A stretch of 63,630 nt of DNA, counting the filler, from Octopus bimaculoides (Eukaryota), in the NCBI RefSeq assembly GCF_001194135.2. It is 9 parts of 8 records of this genome, joined end to end, with 100 filler letters (N's around TTAATTAATTAA, not from the genome) between each part and the next. Parts side by side here need not be neighbours in the genome. Positions count along the whole stretch, not along the records: positions 35,123 to 44,411 come from NC_068988.1; positions 44,512 to 48,792 come from NC_068990.1; positions 48,893 to 58,775 come from NC_068984.1; 6 more parts are not named here. One strand, 5' to 3'. Shown piece after piece: positions 35,526 to 49,111 of this stretch; the first letter of the stretch is position 1, and every line of letters begins with the position of its first letter. The notes beneath the pieces were generated by a model. It was given only the letters and a program-made list of their open reading frames with translations. It made no database searches and was not told the DNA's origin. The translations under genes and the position numbers were made by a program.

Positions 35526-37133
35526 ACTATGTATACCTTTTTATTATATATCTAAATTAAATGCCTTTGTCAAGTTTGGCCAAATGGTTTGCATTTTCAT
35601 TTCTGGTTTAATCTATATATATATACAACTATATTCATACATATATACACGTGTGAGTGATATTTGTATACATATGTGCATGCAAATATTTGTGCATTTG
35701 TGTCAGCATGTGTGCATGTAGCATGCACGATTTCTCTTTTCACTCATTTCTAGTGGAACACACACAAGTGAAGGTCTGTACTGGAATGTAATAAGACAAC
35801 ATTATAGATCTTTTTTGTTTCTGTTCTTAAAGATATTTAAAGTGAATCTGTTACTAATTTAAGTTATATGTATACAGTAATCCCTCACCATATTGTAGTT
35901 CTTCTATTGTAGTTTATTACTTAAGCTTATGTCAATTCCTCCGTGGTGTTGCTTTGCATTTAGAATAAGATAAATATATACAAATTATGAAAATCATCAT
36001 CACCATCATCGTTTAACGTCCTCTTTCCATGCTAGCATGGGTTGGACGATTTGACTGAGGACTGGCAAGCCAGAAGGCTACACCAGGCTCCAATCTGATC
36101 TGGCAGAGTTTCTACAGCTGGATACCCTTCCTAACACCAACCACTCCAAGAGTGTAGTGGGTGCTTTTACGTGCCACCAGCATGAGGGCCAGTCAGGCGG
36201 TACTGGCAACGGCCACATTCAAAAATGGCCAGGACAGTGTTTTCCCTTCGTGAATTTTCACCTATCACAGGGGTTTTGGAATGTAACGCCTGCAATAGTC
36301 AAGGGATTACTGTACTATAAAATCTTCTGATTGATATAGTACTTGTTAGAAATTAGTGGGGTTATCTCTTAATGCCTGTTACTTATTCTTATGGTCATTT
36401 TGTCAAACTACTAAGTGAAGGGGACATAAGCAAACCAAGACTGGTTGTCAGGTGATAGGCGAGGATAAACACACAAACACATACATACATACAAGCATAC
36501 ATACACACGCACTCACACACTCACACACACACACACACACACACACTCACAAACATGCACAAATCTACTGTTGATATTGTTGAAATTCCAGAGCCTTAGC
36601 TCTGATGATGCATCCTTCCAGCTTGGGCCAATTGAAGTACTGGTCCAAGACCCAACTCACCAGTTAGAGGGAAACTTAGTTAGAAACTTAAGAGAGGCAC
36701 TTAGAAAAGTTTTTGCTCTCTACTGCTACAAATAACTTGTTGCGTTATGTAGGTTGATCAGGTACTTATTTCATCAAACCAGAAAGAATGAAAGGCAAAG
36801 TCAATCATGGCAGAATTTGAACTCAGAATGTAAAGACAGATGAAATATCACTAATGATTTTGTCCAGCATGCAAATGATTCTGCCAGCTCACTTAATGAT
36901 AATGATGGACTCACCCATTGATGACAATGTATGAGTGTTCAGCTTTAGCTAAACAACCTGCACAAAGGATTTGTTATCAAATCGACATTACCTGAACAGG
37001 TGCACAGTGTGTCACCCATCAGATGTTGAAGTGATTGCAGAGCACTATGAGATGAAGTGTTTTGTTCAAGAAACCATGATCTCGTGGTTTCAATGGATGC
37101 AATGCCCAAACCACTTGGTCATACATCTTCACT

Positions 37134-37198
<65 letters not shown>

Positions 37199-37667
37199 AA
37201 GAAGAAAAGAAGAAGAAGGAAAGAAGAAGNNNNNNNNNNNNNNNNNNNNNNNNNNNNNNNNNNNNNNNNNNNNNNNNNNNNNNAAGAAGAAGAAGAAGAA
37301 GAAGAAGAAGGAAAGAAGAAGAAGAAGAAGAAGAAGAAGAAGAAGGAAAGAAGAAGAAGAAGAAGAAGAAGAAGAAGAAGAAGAAGAACAACAACAACAA
37401 CAACAACAACAATCATTTATACTATAAACACATAGCCTGAATGTGGGGAGGGTACTAGTTGATTACATCCACCCCAGTCACTGGTACTTAATTTATCAAC
37501 TCGAAAGGATAAAAGGAATGTCGACCTATGTGGACTTTGAACTCAGAACATAGCAACAGACAAAATACTGCTAAGCATTTTATCCAGTGAGCTAGCGGTT
37601 CTGTCAGCTCCCCACCTTTAACAACAACAATAATAAAAATACACAATCTTAAAAACCTGATTAGGCA

Positions 37668-38070
37668 CTGGAGTGGCTGTGTGGTAAGAAGTTTGCTTCC
37701 CAACCACATGGGTACAGGTTCAGTCCCACTGTGTGACATCTTGAGCAAGTGTCTCCTGCTATAGCCAGGGGCTGACCAAAGACTTGTGAGTGGATATGGT
37801 AGACAGAAACTGAAAGAAGTCTGTCGTATAAATATATATATGTATATATATATATATGTATATGTGTGTCTGTGCTTGTCCCCCCACCATCGCTTGGCAA
37901 CCAATGTTGGTGTGTTTACGTACCCGTAACTTAGTGGTTCAGCAAAAAAGACCAGTCGAATAAGTACTAGGCTTACTAAAAATAAGTCCTGGGGTTGAGT
38001 TGTTTGACTAAATGTGGTGCTCCAGCATGGCTGTTGTCTAATGAGTGAAACAAGTAAAAGAATAAAAGAA
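37668..38070 (+). mobile_element. SINE family A, full length, CpG-decayed
   Basis: Same architecture as the other family A copies, with many CpG to TpG/CpA changes. A 3'-half minus copy lies at about 34765-34985. Confidence 0.85.
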
Positions 38071-39829
38071 TAAACGAATACAGCTATGTAATTTTCCTTT
38101 TATTTTGACTGGTATTTTTCTAGCTTAAATCATTCAACAAATGGTTCTTTTTAATGGTTTGGTCTGAAGGATGAGACTATGTCTATGAGTTTTACAGATT
38201 CTCCAAGATCAACAGGGTTGGTGTTGTTTTATTGTTGAACAAATGAATGTTTACAACTACAGAGGATGAAAAAAATGCATTCCTGGAGAGAAAACCTGCT
38301 GTACTACATTGTGAGGAACAATGATTGAGTTAGTGTTTGGTGTGTGAACAACAGTGGTTTTCTTTGATTTTTTTTTACACATTCTTATTATTTACACTGT
38401 TTTTTTTCTTGTTTTGTTAGTTCTTTGTTAATAGCAAATATGTCAGCCATTAAATTACATTTTTGTGAATTCTGTTGTCGTTTTCTTCCTTGATAATTCA
38501 AGCACACAAAGATTTGGCTAGAGAGAAACGACAATTTATTGAAATCAAATGTTATCAAAAAAAAAAAAGAAGCTTCTATTGGAGCCAGACAACGAGAGTA
38601 CAGGTAATATCACAATAAAAGAACTGTAAATAGATTGCTACAAGAATGTTTCAGGAAATGAGTAAATGATGTATAATATGAAGAAGAAGTAACAGAGAAA
38701 GAACAGCCACAATTACAGAAAGAAGAAATAAATGAGTAGTGTCCTCATCACTACAGAGAGTGTCATGCCACAACAGTTGTTATTAGAGCAGGGGTAACAA
38801 GAGAAAACACAACTTCTGTGATTTTGAATTTCTTTAACATGTCATATCAATATATGATACTGGTGGAGATATTCTTTTTATGCTTCAGCTAGATATTGAA
38901 TTGTTGCACAAAGTAATGAATAACATCTTTGGTGTTGAGTGATGAAAGACACAAATGACTGAGCAGGAATTCCAAATGTACATTAGTAAATAGAGGCCAA
39001 GAAGGTAGTTTAGAAATGAGACAATGCTAAATGAAAGACATATAGTACACTGTTAGTGCTTGTATTAAAGAGTAAGCAAGAGATTGACAGTACTGAAGTG
39101 CTCATAATCAATAACGAAAATTTTCTGAGATGACCATAAAGATATCTGAAAGCCAGAATGATGTTCTATAGAATTCCTTAATTTCTTTGTAGGATGATTT
39201 GCATTTCAAAAGATTTCAAAGTTGGCTGACAAACAGTCTGTCTGTTCAGCCTAAACTCTATAATAGATATTCTTGATAAAATCTTGATGTTTCAAATACT
39301 ATGTTCTTCAGGTGAGAAAATGATAAAATTTGAAAGAGCTAGTCAGTTTTAAAGATGTTTATGTTTGAACAATGGCAAATTCGTAATTAGGATATCTGGT
39401 AGTGTTGTTGTTATAGAATTATTGACTTTCTGTCTGTTCTCCTTCTGTTTCCAATGTGTTAGGATTTTCCTCTTAGCGTTACCCATACTTCTGTTTTTGT
39501 CTAGCTCTAAAGCTATGTTCTGTTTATCTTTTTTATTTCATTCTTGTCCCTTTATTTCATTCTTGTCCCTAACGATCTTGTCTTGAATTACATTTATTCA
39601 TATTCGTATATCCACTTCTGTATTGCTTGTTTATCCATTTATTGTTTGTCCTTTCTCATTCTGTTATGTTTCAGTCCCATATCCAGTCGCCACCAGAAGG
39701 GAATCAATATTATTATTAAAGAGGCAAAATTACATTTGACCCTCTGGCTGATAACTGATGAGGAGTTGGCAACCTCCTGTGTCTGTTTTCCATTCAACTG
39801 TGCATTTACAATATGATTTTCAACTTATT

Positions 39830-39868
<39 letters not shown>

Positions 39869-41477
39869 CAGACATGTATGTGTGTGTGTGTATTATTAAA
39901 AGTATTCCCATTCTTAAAAGTGATACACTATGGCCTGATGTGTTGTAGGAGGGACTAAAACAGGTTTCCAAACTACACCTTGAAAAATCTTCAGTCAACT
40001 AAGGATAGTACCATTGTTATCACTAAACCACACATATAACTTTAGGTTATTTTTGTATATTGGTTAAATTTGTTATGTTAGGGTATTTAGATTTACATTC
40101 CTATAGTGGCAGTCATATTGAGCTGGTGTCATTGCTAAAGTTACTGAGCGGGTTATCAAAATTTGTGACTCTTTGATTTTTAAACTTTCCATGGATAGCC
40201 TTAGTGAAAGAAGAATCATGTAAGTTAGGAAAGGTTGAATATGGTGCAAGAAAGAAAACTATATAGCTCTATGGAAGGAAATTTCCATATTTGATTGATA
40301 ACTGTACTGGAAATTTAGAATTGAAGAAACAGTACATATAATGTTTGATGGTGAGTCAATCGATAAAACAGCCATAGAAGCACCTTCATTTAGCTGTAAT
40401 TGCTGAAAGGTAAATTTAAATAATCTATAATTGAAACAATAACTGCACACAGATAGGAACATTCAGTGAAGGAAACATAGTAAGTATTATTATCATTCAT
40501 GCTAAGGATGAAATTAATTCTCTGGAAAATTATAAGCTTATTAACAACACATGTTAGACATTTAATTAAGAATTTTTGGTAATGAATAAACCTTTGAATT
40601 TAGGACTTAATGTTCAATGTCGAACTAATGTAACAAGTGTTCCAGAATTTAAAATTGACATCTTAGCAATACTGCAAATTTCAGCTATCTGAAATTATGA
40701 ATACTTAAACACAAAAATAACAGAGTTGAATGAATTAATTATCACTGCCTCCATTTCCAGTCAAGAATTATGTAGCCATGCAAATAGGTGGATATAATTT
40801 ATTAGACGAAGCTTATTTAATGTGTAGTAAACAGATGACTTGGTAGTGATGAACAAAAGTGCTCCTATTATACTTTTATGGAAATTCATCATTGCAAGAC
40901 TATGTAATGCTACAAGGATCACTCTGAGAATGTTAGAACTATGTGAGATGGAATACACAATTATTTTCAGCAATTTTCAAGGAAAAGATTTATCATCCCA
41001 AGAATTCCTTTCAACCCAGTAGGCCTTTCATGAAAAGAGGAGATTACAGTTTTCTATAAGTCTATTAATGCTGTTGATTTCAAGCTTCCAAGACTCTTTT
41101 CCTGTTAGTCCTAACTGGTTATCAGCTGGTCAAGCAAAGAAAGTGAAAATAAACGGAAAATATTCACTATTACTATATTTCCAGGATTTCTTTTTCATGA
41201 AGGAGAGCAATGCCCATCATCTTTCATGTAAAGATTCTGAGACTATGATGAAAAGAAAGTTGAGTTAAATATATCTTTTAACCATGGGATTCATTTGACT
41301 CCTGCATTACTTTAATTTTTTGTGGACATAAATATGTATATCTATGAAACTTTAAAGTTAGTGGTATTAAGTCAAAATGTTAATACACACACAATGTGCA
41401 TGTGTGTGTGTGTGTTCACGTGCACATGCACACGTGTGTGTGTAAGGGAGTATTAATACTGGGATATTCTTGCTGCA

Positions 41478-41861
41478 GTGGAGGCGCAATGGCCCAGTGG
41501 TTAGAGCAGTGGACTCGTGATCATAGGATCACGGTTTCGATTCCCAGACCGGGTGTTGTGAGTGTTTATTGAGCCAAAACACCTAAAGCTCCACGAGGCT
41601 CCAGCAGGGGATGGTGGCAAACCCTGCTGTACTCTTTCACTACAACTTTCTCTCACTCTTACGTCCTGTTTCTGTTGTGCCTGTAATTAAAAAGGACCAG
41701 CCTTGTCACACTGTGTCACGCTGAATGTCCCCGAGAACTACGTTAAGGGTACACGTGTCTGTGGAGTGCTCAGCCACTTGCACGTTAATTTCACGAGTAG
41801 GCTGTTCCATTGCTCAAATCAACTGGAACCCCCGTTGTCGTAAGCAACGGAGTGCCAACAA
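41478..41861 (+). mobile_element. tRNA-derived SINE, family B (full length)
   Basis: A box tggcccagtgg and B box ggtttcgattccc. Colinear with 1808-2196. Confidence 0.9.
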
Positions 41862-42757
41862 AGATTTTTGCTGCAATCACCCACTGCTCTGTGTTCCTCT
41901 CCAGCTTTTTTCTTATCTCACTCTCCCCTTACTACAACTCTCCCACATGGGATTCTCTCTCTGCATTGATACTTTTCCTTACCACTTCTATAGTACCCTC
42001 CAGCCTCCCTATTTCTCATCGCATTCATCCACTGCTCTTTCCCCCTCTGTTTCTCTTTCTTTCACCAACTTAGCACCTTCTCTTCTCTCCTCCTCCTCTA
42101 GTCTACCACCATGACCTCTCTTCCACACTTACTGTTTCCTTCAGTGACCATCCACCACCCACATCTATTTCACCACCCCACCCACATCTATTTCAAAATC
42201 TCTCCCCTTACATCTTCCATTCATATTCACCCTTATAATGTATGATAGCACTGGATCTCCCTGACCACAACCCATCCATCACTGTCTCTTTCTTTCTCAC
42301 TAACTCTTAATCCTTTCTTCTATACCTTGTCTCTGCCTACACACCCTCTCATAACACTGTCTAGTCTTTTCCTCTCATTACAACCGCCCTCTCACGAGCA
42401 TAAATCATCACCTCTCATCATACTATACTAATACTCTCTTTCTCTCCCTCTCTCTCTCTCTCACCACTTGGTCTTCAAGCACTACACTCTCTCCGTTATT
42501 CAGTTTTTAGTCATGAGACTCCTTTAGACTCTTGTGACTTACAAGCTGCAAGGCAAAACGTACCCACTTACAGAATATACTGGGGAACTTTTTGTCTAGA
42601 TGTAAGGACATAGGAGCCTAACATTGCAAAGTTTCAGCAGTTCCTTGATTCAACAGGTTCTGTCAGGCCAACAAACCCAAGCCAATAAGGGAAGCAAGCA
42701 TAAAAAAAGATCATAATAATGATGTTGGTGATGATGATGATGATGATGATGATGATT

Positions 42758-42789
<32 letters not shown>

Positions 42790-43139
42790 GGAGAACAAGA
42801 AAAAGCTGTGGTGGTAGCAGCGGCAGCAACAGCAGCAGCAGTAGCAGCAGCAGCAGCAGTAGTCGTGGTGTTGGTGGTGTTGGTGGGGGTGCTGATGGTG
42901 AAGGTTGCAAGTAACGCTAAGGTGAGCTGAATAGCAGAAAGTCCCTTGAGAAGAAACTACCCATACCACATACACAAAGTTACACAAGTGATTTGGTCCT
43001 TATTCTTTGTGTGCATTAGTTAGTCTAAATTAAACTTAATTTATATATTTGTATCTGTTTTGCAAGAGTTTTCATGTAAAATCATGTGCTTAAACAGTAC
43101 AACACATACATACACACATATATAAAGATAAATATATAA

Positions 43140-43170
<31 letters not shown>

Positions 43171-43476
43171 CACAAACACACACACACACACACATATATA
43201 CACACACAAATATATATATACACATTTATATAAGTATAGATATATATACGTATATATATATATGCATATACATACATACATATNNNNNNNNNNNNNNNNN
43301 NNNNNNNNNNNNNNNNNNNNNNNNNNNNNNNNNNNNNNNNNNNNNNNNNNNNNNNNNNNNNNNNNNNNNNNNNNNNNNNNNNNNNNNNNNNNNNNNNNNN
43401 NNNNNNNNNNNNNNNNNNNNNNNNNNNNNNNNNNNNNNNNNNNNNNNNNNNNNNNNNNNNNNNNNNNNNNNNNNNN

Positions 43477-43516
<40 letters not shown>

Positions 43517-43689
43517 TGTATGTATGTATGTATGTATGTATGTATGTATATATCCACAATGACTACGGGCCAAGGCACTTGTATAGGTTTGTATATATAG
43601 CATGGGTGTTTTTTTACTCTGGAGACCTTCTGCTATTCAGCTCACCCTACAGATTCTGGAAAATTTTACATCTTTTTCGTCTTCTTCAC

Positions 43690-43989
43690 CATCATCATCA
43701 TCATCATCTACATACTGCATTAATATTCCTTGCACTCTCCATTGTGTTGTTACCTTTATTGTACTCATAAAGCAAAATACACCAAATATGTTCCTTTGTC
43801 ACTTCCATTATAGCTTTGACAAAATAATTGTTAAAATCGAACTGCACTCTTCAAAACTTGCATTAAAAATAAGTACAAGGTAAAATTACTACATGCTTTT
43901 ATAGCAATTTGATGCAGGTAGTTTATCCCATCCCCTTCTGACTTTTAGTTCAGGTAACTGCAAAAACACATTATTTATGGGATGGCCCG

Positions 43990-43992
<3 letters not shown>
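43690..43992 (-). mobile_element. mariner transposon 5' fragment
   Basis: MEVTKEHIWCILLYEYNKGNNTMESARNINAV is a mariner N-terminal HTH. The left end reads TA-tcgggccatcccataaataatg. Confidence 0.75.
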
Positions 43993-44020
<28 letters not shown>

Positions 44021-44346
44021 TGTATGCATGCATGTATGTATATATGTATGTATATGTGTATGTATGTATGTATGTATGTATATGTATACAAGACAATTCA
44101 AATAAACAAGGAGAATATTACATCAATACAATTTTTATTATTACAGCGTATTTAATCTAATTTTCTGCCCATTTCAATCTGACATATATTTCTGCTGCCT
44201 GGACATCTCACAGTGTAGTTTACACATGCATCCAATTTTTTCATCAGTTTAAGAACATATCTATGCACCTTTATTCAAGGTGTTGCCAGTATTAATGTTT
44301 GAAGTGAACTGAAGCAACCCTGCAAACCAACTCTCCTGTATATATG

Positions 44347-44380
<34 letters not shown>

Positions 44381-44536
44381 TGTATGTATGTGTGTGTGTG
44401 TGTGTGTGTGTNNNNNNNNNNNNNNNNNNNNNNNNNNNNNNNNNNNNNNNNNNNNTTAATTAATTAANNNNNNNNNNNNNNNNNNNNNNNNNNNNNNNNN
44501 NNNNNNNNNNNTACATACATACAGAGAGAGAGAAAG

Positions 44537-44587
<51 letters not shown>

Positions 44588-45182
44588 CAGACATTCTGAG
44601 GTAAGTGCAATTTTGTAGAGAGTTATTAATAATAGAGATCGTTAAAATTGAAATAATAGGACGCGTTACGAGAATGTGTTATATTCACTACTCCAAATCA
44701 CCATGCATTTCACAAAAACTGTATATTTTTCCCAAGTGTCTTTCTAATTATTTCCGATCTTATGCACTCAAAACTCCTTATTCTTCAAAGGTTGGTTGTA
44801 AGATCAGGCACTTGAAAGCTAAGCGATTATTTTCCATTTTCTTTGAATTTTAATTACTGTTTTGTAAAATGCAAAACTCTGCCAAGTCTAGTATCATTCT
44901 CTATATACATGCAATAAGTATTATATTGATCTTATATCACGAAGGACCTCTGCCTTTCATCGTCTTCTTTTGCTTCAAAATGTTCAGATTGGTGAACAAC
45001 TGGAAATCTTATCTGTATTATAATTTTCCACTGTATTAAAGTGTTTCATATCATAAAGCAAGCATCAGTCTTTTGTATTGAAACGAAACGAAACTCCCCG
45101 TTTTTATATTTTGCTTGCAAAATTCGTGGTGTGGATTGGTGTGTTGAAACAAATTTTGTTGCTTTGGGAGTGTCATTCTTCC

Positions 45183-45214
<32 letters not shown>

Positions 45215-45949
45215 CGCCGCTCACTGGTTCAATATCACTTCCTTAATGTTAAGTATCTAACCATCAAACTTAACGATTCTTTCTTTAATAACCGATTGAT
45301 TGTTTAACCAACACATTAAACAAATGGTCGATTTGTTTGAAGGTGAGATATTTAACCAACTGAGGAACAAGAAGGAAACGATATTGAACCAGGGCGTGTT
45401 TTATATTTTTGTTGGCGTACTGACCTTCCCAAGACGAAAGGAAATTCATTTACGTAAAATGTGGAATATACTGTTGTTGCTTTAAATATTTTCTTTAAGC
45501 CCGTAAAAACCTTTCTTTGAAACCACAGAAAAGTAACTGAAAATCTAATGAGAGGTAACTGTGGTTCCTAAACTATGTCATGCATCGACAAAAACTGATA
45601 CCGTTGCTTTTATTTAACTTCAAGTCAGCCATTTGAAACATATTTCGGATAAAGAGCACTGTGGTTATGACCATCCTATGTTTTCGTTTACTTACGACTA
45701 TCTTGTCCAATGTGTCCTTTATATTTTTAAAATTACAGCATGGATTTCAACGGAGGTATGGGTGCTATGTCTAGCATGTGTGACCATCACGTAGAGGCAT
45801 AAACGTCAATCTTTATGTGGCAAGAATTTTCATCTGTTCAATTAATTTTGAAAGATTTCTCAAAAGAGTCCGATATGTGACACGCTACCTCCCTTCACAG
45901 GTCACTGGTCGCTTATCTCGGTTTCAGAAATGATAATAATGCGAAAACT

Positions 45950-47848
45950 TACCCCAATCGTAAATTTAAAGTAGCTATTTAAAGTTTGGGTTTCCTTGGA
46001 ATGGCAACGAGGTTCAACCTCTTCCGCTGTGTGTTGTTTGTGATGAAAAAATGTCCAGCGAAGGCATATTGCCCAGCAAGTTGAAAAGACATTTTACAAC
46101 TAAACACTCACATCTTCACTGTAAAGATCTGAATTATTTCCTAAAAAACGGCTACAACAGCAATATAAACGAAAGAAAAAAGGATGAATGTTCTGAAAAG
46201 ACTCAAGTCTAGTCTATTGAGATAACCGAAATGATTGCGCTATAAACGAAATCGCATACTTTAGCCACCTCGATTAGCTTACCCGCTTGTAGAATGATTG
46301 TTAAAACCATGTTAGGTGATGAAGCCGAGCAAGAAATGAGCAAGATTCCGCTCTCAAATAATACAGTCCAGAGGAGAATTATGGATTTATCTGCTGATAT
46401 AGGGGAAGACGTTCAGAACTCAGAATTTGGTCTGCAGTTTGATGAGTCAACTGACATTAGCAACAGAGAACAATTACTTACATTTATTCGCTTTATTGAT
46501 GGTAACCAAATCATAAATCAGTTCTTTTGTCTCAAAGAAATGCCACTGACTACAAGAGGTCAGGATATTTCTGACATCTTATCTGTCTACCTCAAAAAAT
46601 GGAATTTATCCTGGATTTCATGTGTTGGAATATATACCTATGGGTCACTATATATGGTAGGCTCATACAACAGCAAAATTCTAATGTTATACGTAGTCAT
46701 TGATTCCTACATAGGGAGGGACTGGTTTCAAAAACAATACCAGTTGAGTTAAAGCAAGTATTAAACCAAACTGAAATGGATAATTATATTAAAAGTAGGC
46801 CGTTGAAGTGTCGCTTATTTGAATAAATTTCTGTTGATATGTATTCCCAGCACAAGCGCTTACTTTTACACACAAAAGTCAGAAGGCTCTCAAAAGGTGA
46901 GGTGCTACGTCGCATACATGAACTCTACTAGGATTTGCATGCATTTTCTTTTAAGAAGAAAAACATGAAGGCTACTTGGAATATCTACAATGTGAATTTA
47001 GGGTTTCCAAGCTGGAATATTTAACAGAGATATTTGCACAACTTAATAGCGTCAACACAAGTGTGCGAGGTAGAAATGAAAACATTTCCACTTCGATAGC
47101 TGGTTTCGTTTAAGAAGAAAGTTGTAATTCGGTAAAATAGAGCTGAAGATGGTAACTTCGAAATGTTTCCCTTAATACGTAAAAGCTGCATAAAAGAAAT
47201 GACTCCTATTGTATTTGATAAATCTGTAAGAAAAAATAAACTTTATTTTCCGTCGTTGAACACAGAAGTGTATGATTAGGTTCGAAATCCTTTCATAAAG
47301 ATTCCATCTAATATTGGTCTGAAAATATGTGAAGAAGAATTGGCATCTATATCCAATGATTGCGGACTGGAAACCAAGTATGCCGAGTTAGCTATTGATA
47401 CACTTTGGATTGCTATTATAGGAGAATAGCCCTCAGTAGCAAAAAAAAGCTTTATCCTTTTTGATGCAGTTTTCCAGATCGTATTTATGTGAGATCTGAT
47501 TTTCAACCCTCAATAACATCAAATCCATTAAAAGAGAGAAGCTCTGTTGCATCGAAGAAAAATTGAGGGTTTGTCTTTCTCAAATACGTCTCAATATTGT
47601 AAACGTTTCCAAAAAACATGAAGAGCATGTTTTTCATTGATAACTTTGCTTCATATATTGAACGAAAAGTAAATACATGCAATTTTCTGTATTGTTAATT
47701 ATCTATTTATTGTTTTATAGTTTATGCTATATTAATATGTATAAAACCCCTCTTCTATAGATTTAACAATTTATGTACAAAGAACGCCAAACTATTTTGG
47801 TTTCTTATAAGGTGCCCCGTGGGTTAAGAAACAGTTTGGGAACCATTG
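45950..47848 (+). mobile_element. hAT (Buster/Charlie-type) DNA transposon, decayed near-complete transposase plus right TIR
   Basis: YLKFGF...LCVVCDEKMSSEGILPSKLKRHFTTKH (BED-like); IPLSNNTVQRRI...GLQFDESTDISNREQLLTFIRF; SYLCE.FS...LRVCLSQI. The right TIR tttgggaaccattg (reverse complement caatggttcccaaa) ends at 47848. Multiple stops and frameshifts. Confidence 0.92.
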
Positions 47849-48792
47849 GGGTGTGTGATGTGTGATATATATGGGTGGCTGATGAGTGTGTGAGTGTGTG
47901 TTATTGTGTGTATGTATGTGTACACGCGCGCGTGCGTGCATCTGTGCTCCTCTATTAAGTTGAATGTAGATATTTTTTTCTTTTTGCAAATTGAAATTTC
48001 TCTTTTCAAAGACATCAGAACTGAAGCAGATGTTTCCACTTTTAACTGTTGCGTCATAAACGCATATGACGTAATTGTGCCCGTGTGTGCTCTTGTTTGA
48101 CTGTCGATGTGTGCGTCGGTGTGTGTGTGAGTGAGTGTGTATGTATGTGTACAAGTGTGTGTGTGTGTGAGCGCGTGTAAAAGTAAGTTAGTGTGATTAT
48201 GTATTTCATGAGAGCCGATTTACTTTTCTTCAGATTTGAAATTTTCGTCAAATGAGTTTAGAAATATTTCAACAGAAAATCGACATTTCACTGCGCAGAA
48301 CGGGAGGACACCAGAATTAAAGCGAGATTTGTTTTTAGATTTTATTCTTAGACCATAATCATCCGTGACCTAATTCTTATATCTATCTATCCATCTATGT
48401 ATCTATCTATAATCTATCTATCTATCTATCTGATCTGGACGGATGCTAGTCGCATCGGCTCGCAAGTAAGTCGGCCTTTTATATGTCAAAAATTTTGCAG
48501 TTTTAAAATATTGTTTGTGGAAGAGGTGTATAAGTCTATACACTTCGACCCTATTGGGTTTTTGTAATAAGAAGTAGCTCCTTCTGGAGTTTATTTCCAA
48601 AAGTTTTTGATTTTTCTCCGGCTTATTTGCCATATTTCGTAAAAGAAATATGGCTAGGCCTTCACACGTGGTCGATTTGCCTCTAACAGCAGGCAAGGAG
48701 ACTGACCAACAAGTCGTTCCGCATGAACGAACACAAGACGTAGAGACCAGGAATGCTGCGTTTACTACTACTGCCTTCACCACCTCCACTAC

Positions 48793-48892
48793 NNNNNNNN
48801 NNNNNNNNNNNNNNNNNNNNNNNNNNNNNNNNNNNNTTAATTAATTAANNNNNNNNNNNNNNNNNNNNNNNNNNNNNNNNNNNNNNNNNNNN
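48793..48892. other. Artificial 100-bp gap spacer (44 N + ttaattaattaa + 44 N)
   Basis: The identical construct occurs with its core at 10060, 21395, 29439, 35067, 44456, 48837, 58820 and 60887. This is an assembly placeholder for a gap of unknown size. Confidence 0.95.
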
Positions 48893-48925
<33 letters not shown>

Positions 48926-49111
48926 TATGTATACATATATATACAGCTATCTACTTGTTTTGCAAAATTCTTGATGTAAAATCCCGTGGTGAAACAGATA
49001 TTCTTATATTTGGAGATGTTTATTGTCAATAAACACTTGCACTATATATTTGATCTTACATTAAAATTTACTATAACATTTTAAATAATACATTAATATT
49101 CTTGTAATTAC

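Noticed and set aside
40319-40410. In-frame TGA in SCNC*K suggesting a selenoprotein
   Set aside because: A stronger donor (GATG|gtgagt at 40350) ends the exon before the TGA. The context matches no selenoprotein family I know, and no SECIS was recognised.
41478-41550. tRNA gene
   Set aside because: The A/B boxes continue into a 380-bp body shared with 1808-2196, so this is a SINE head rather than a tRNA.
48418-48789. GKSTT as a P-loop in the 123-aa ORF
   Set aside because: Lacks the GxxxxGK[ST] spacing and any downstream Walker B motif.
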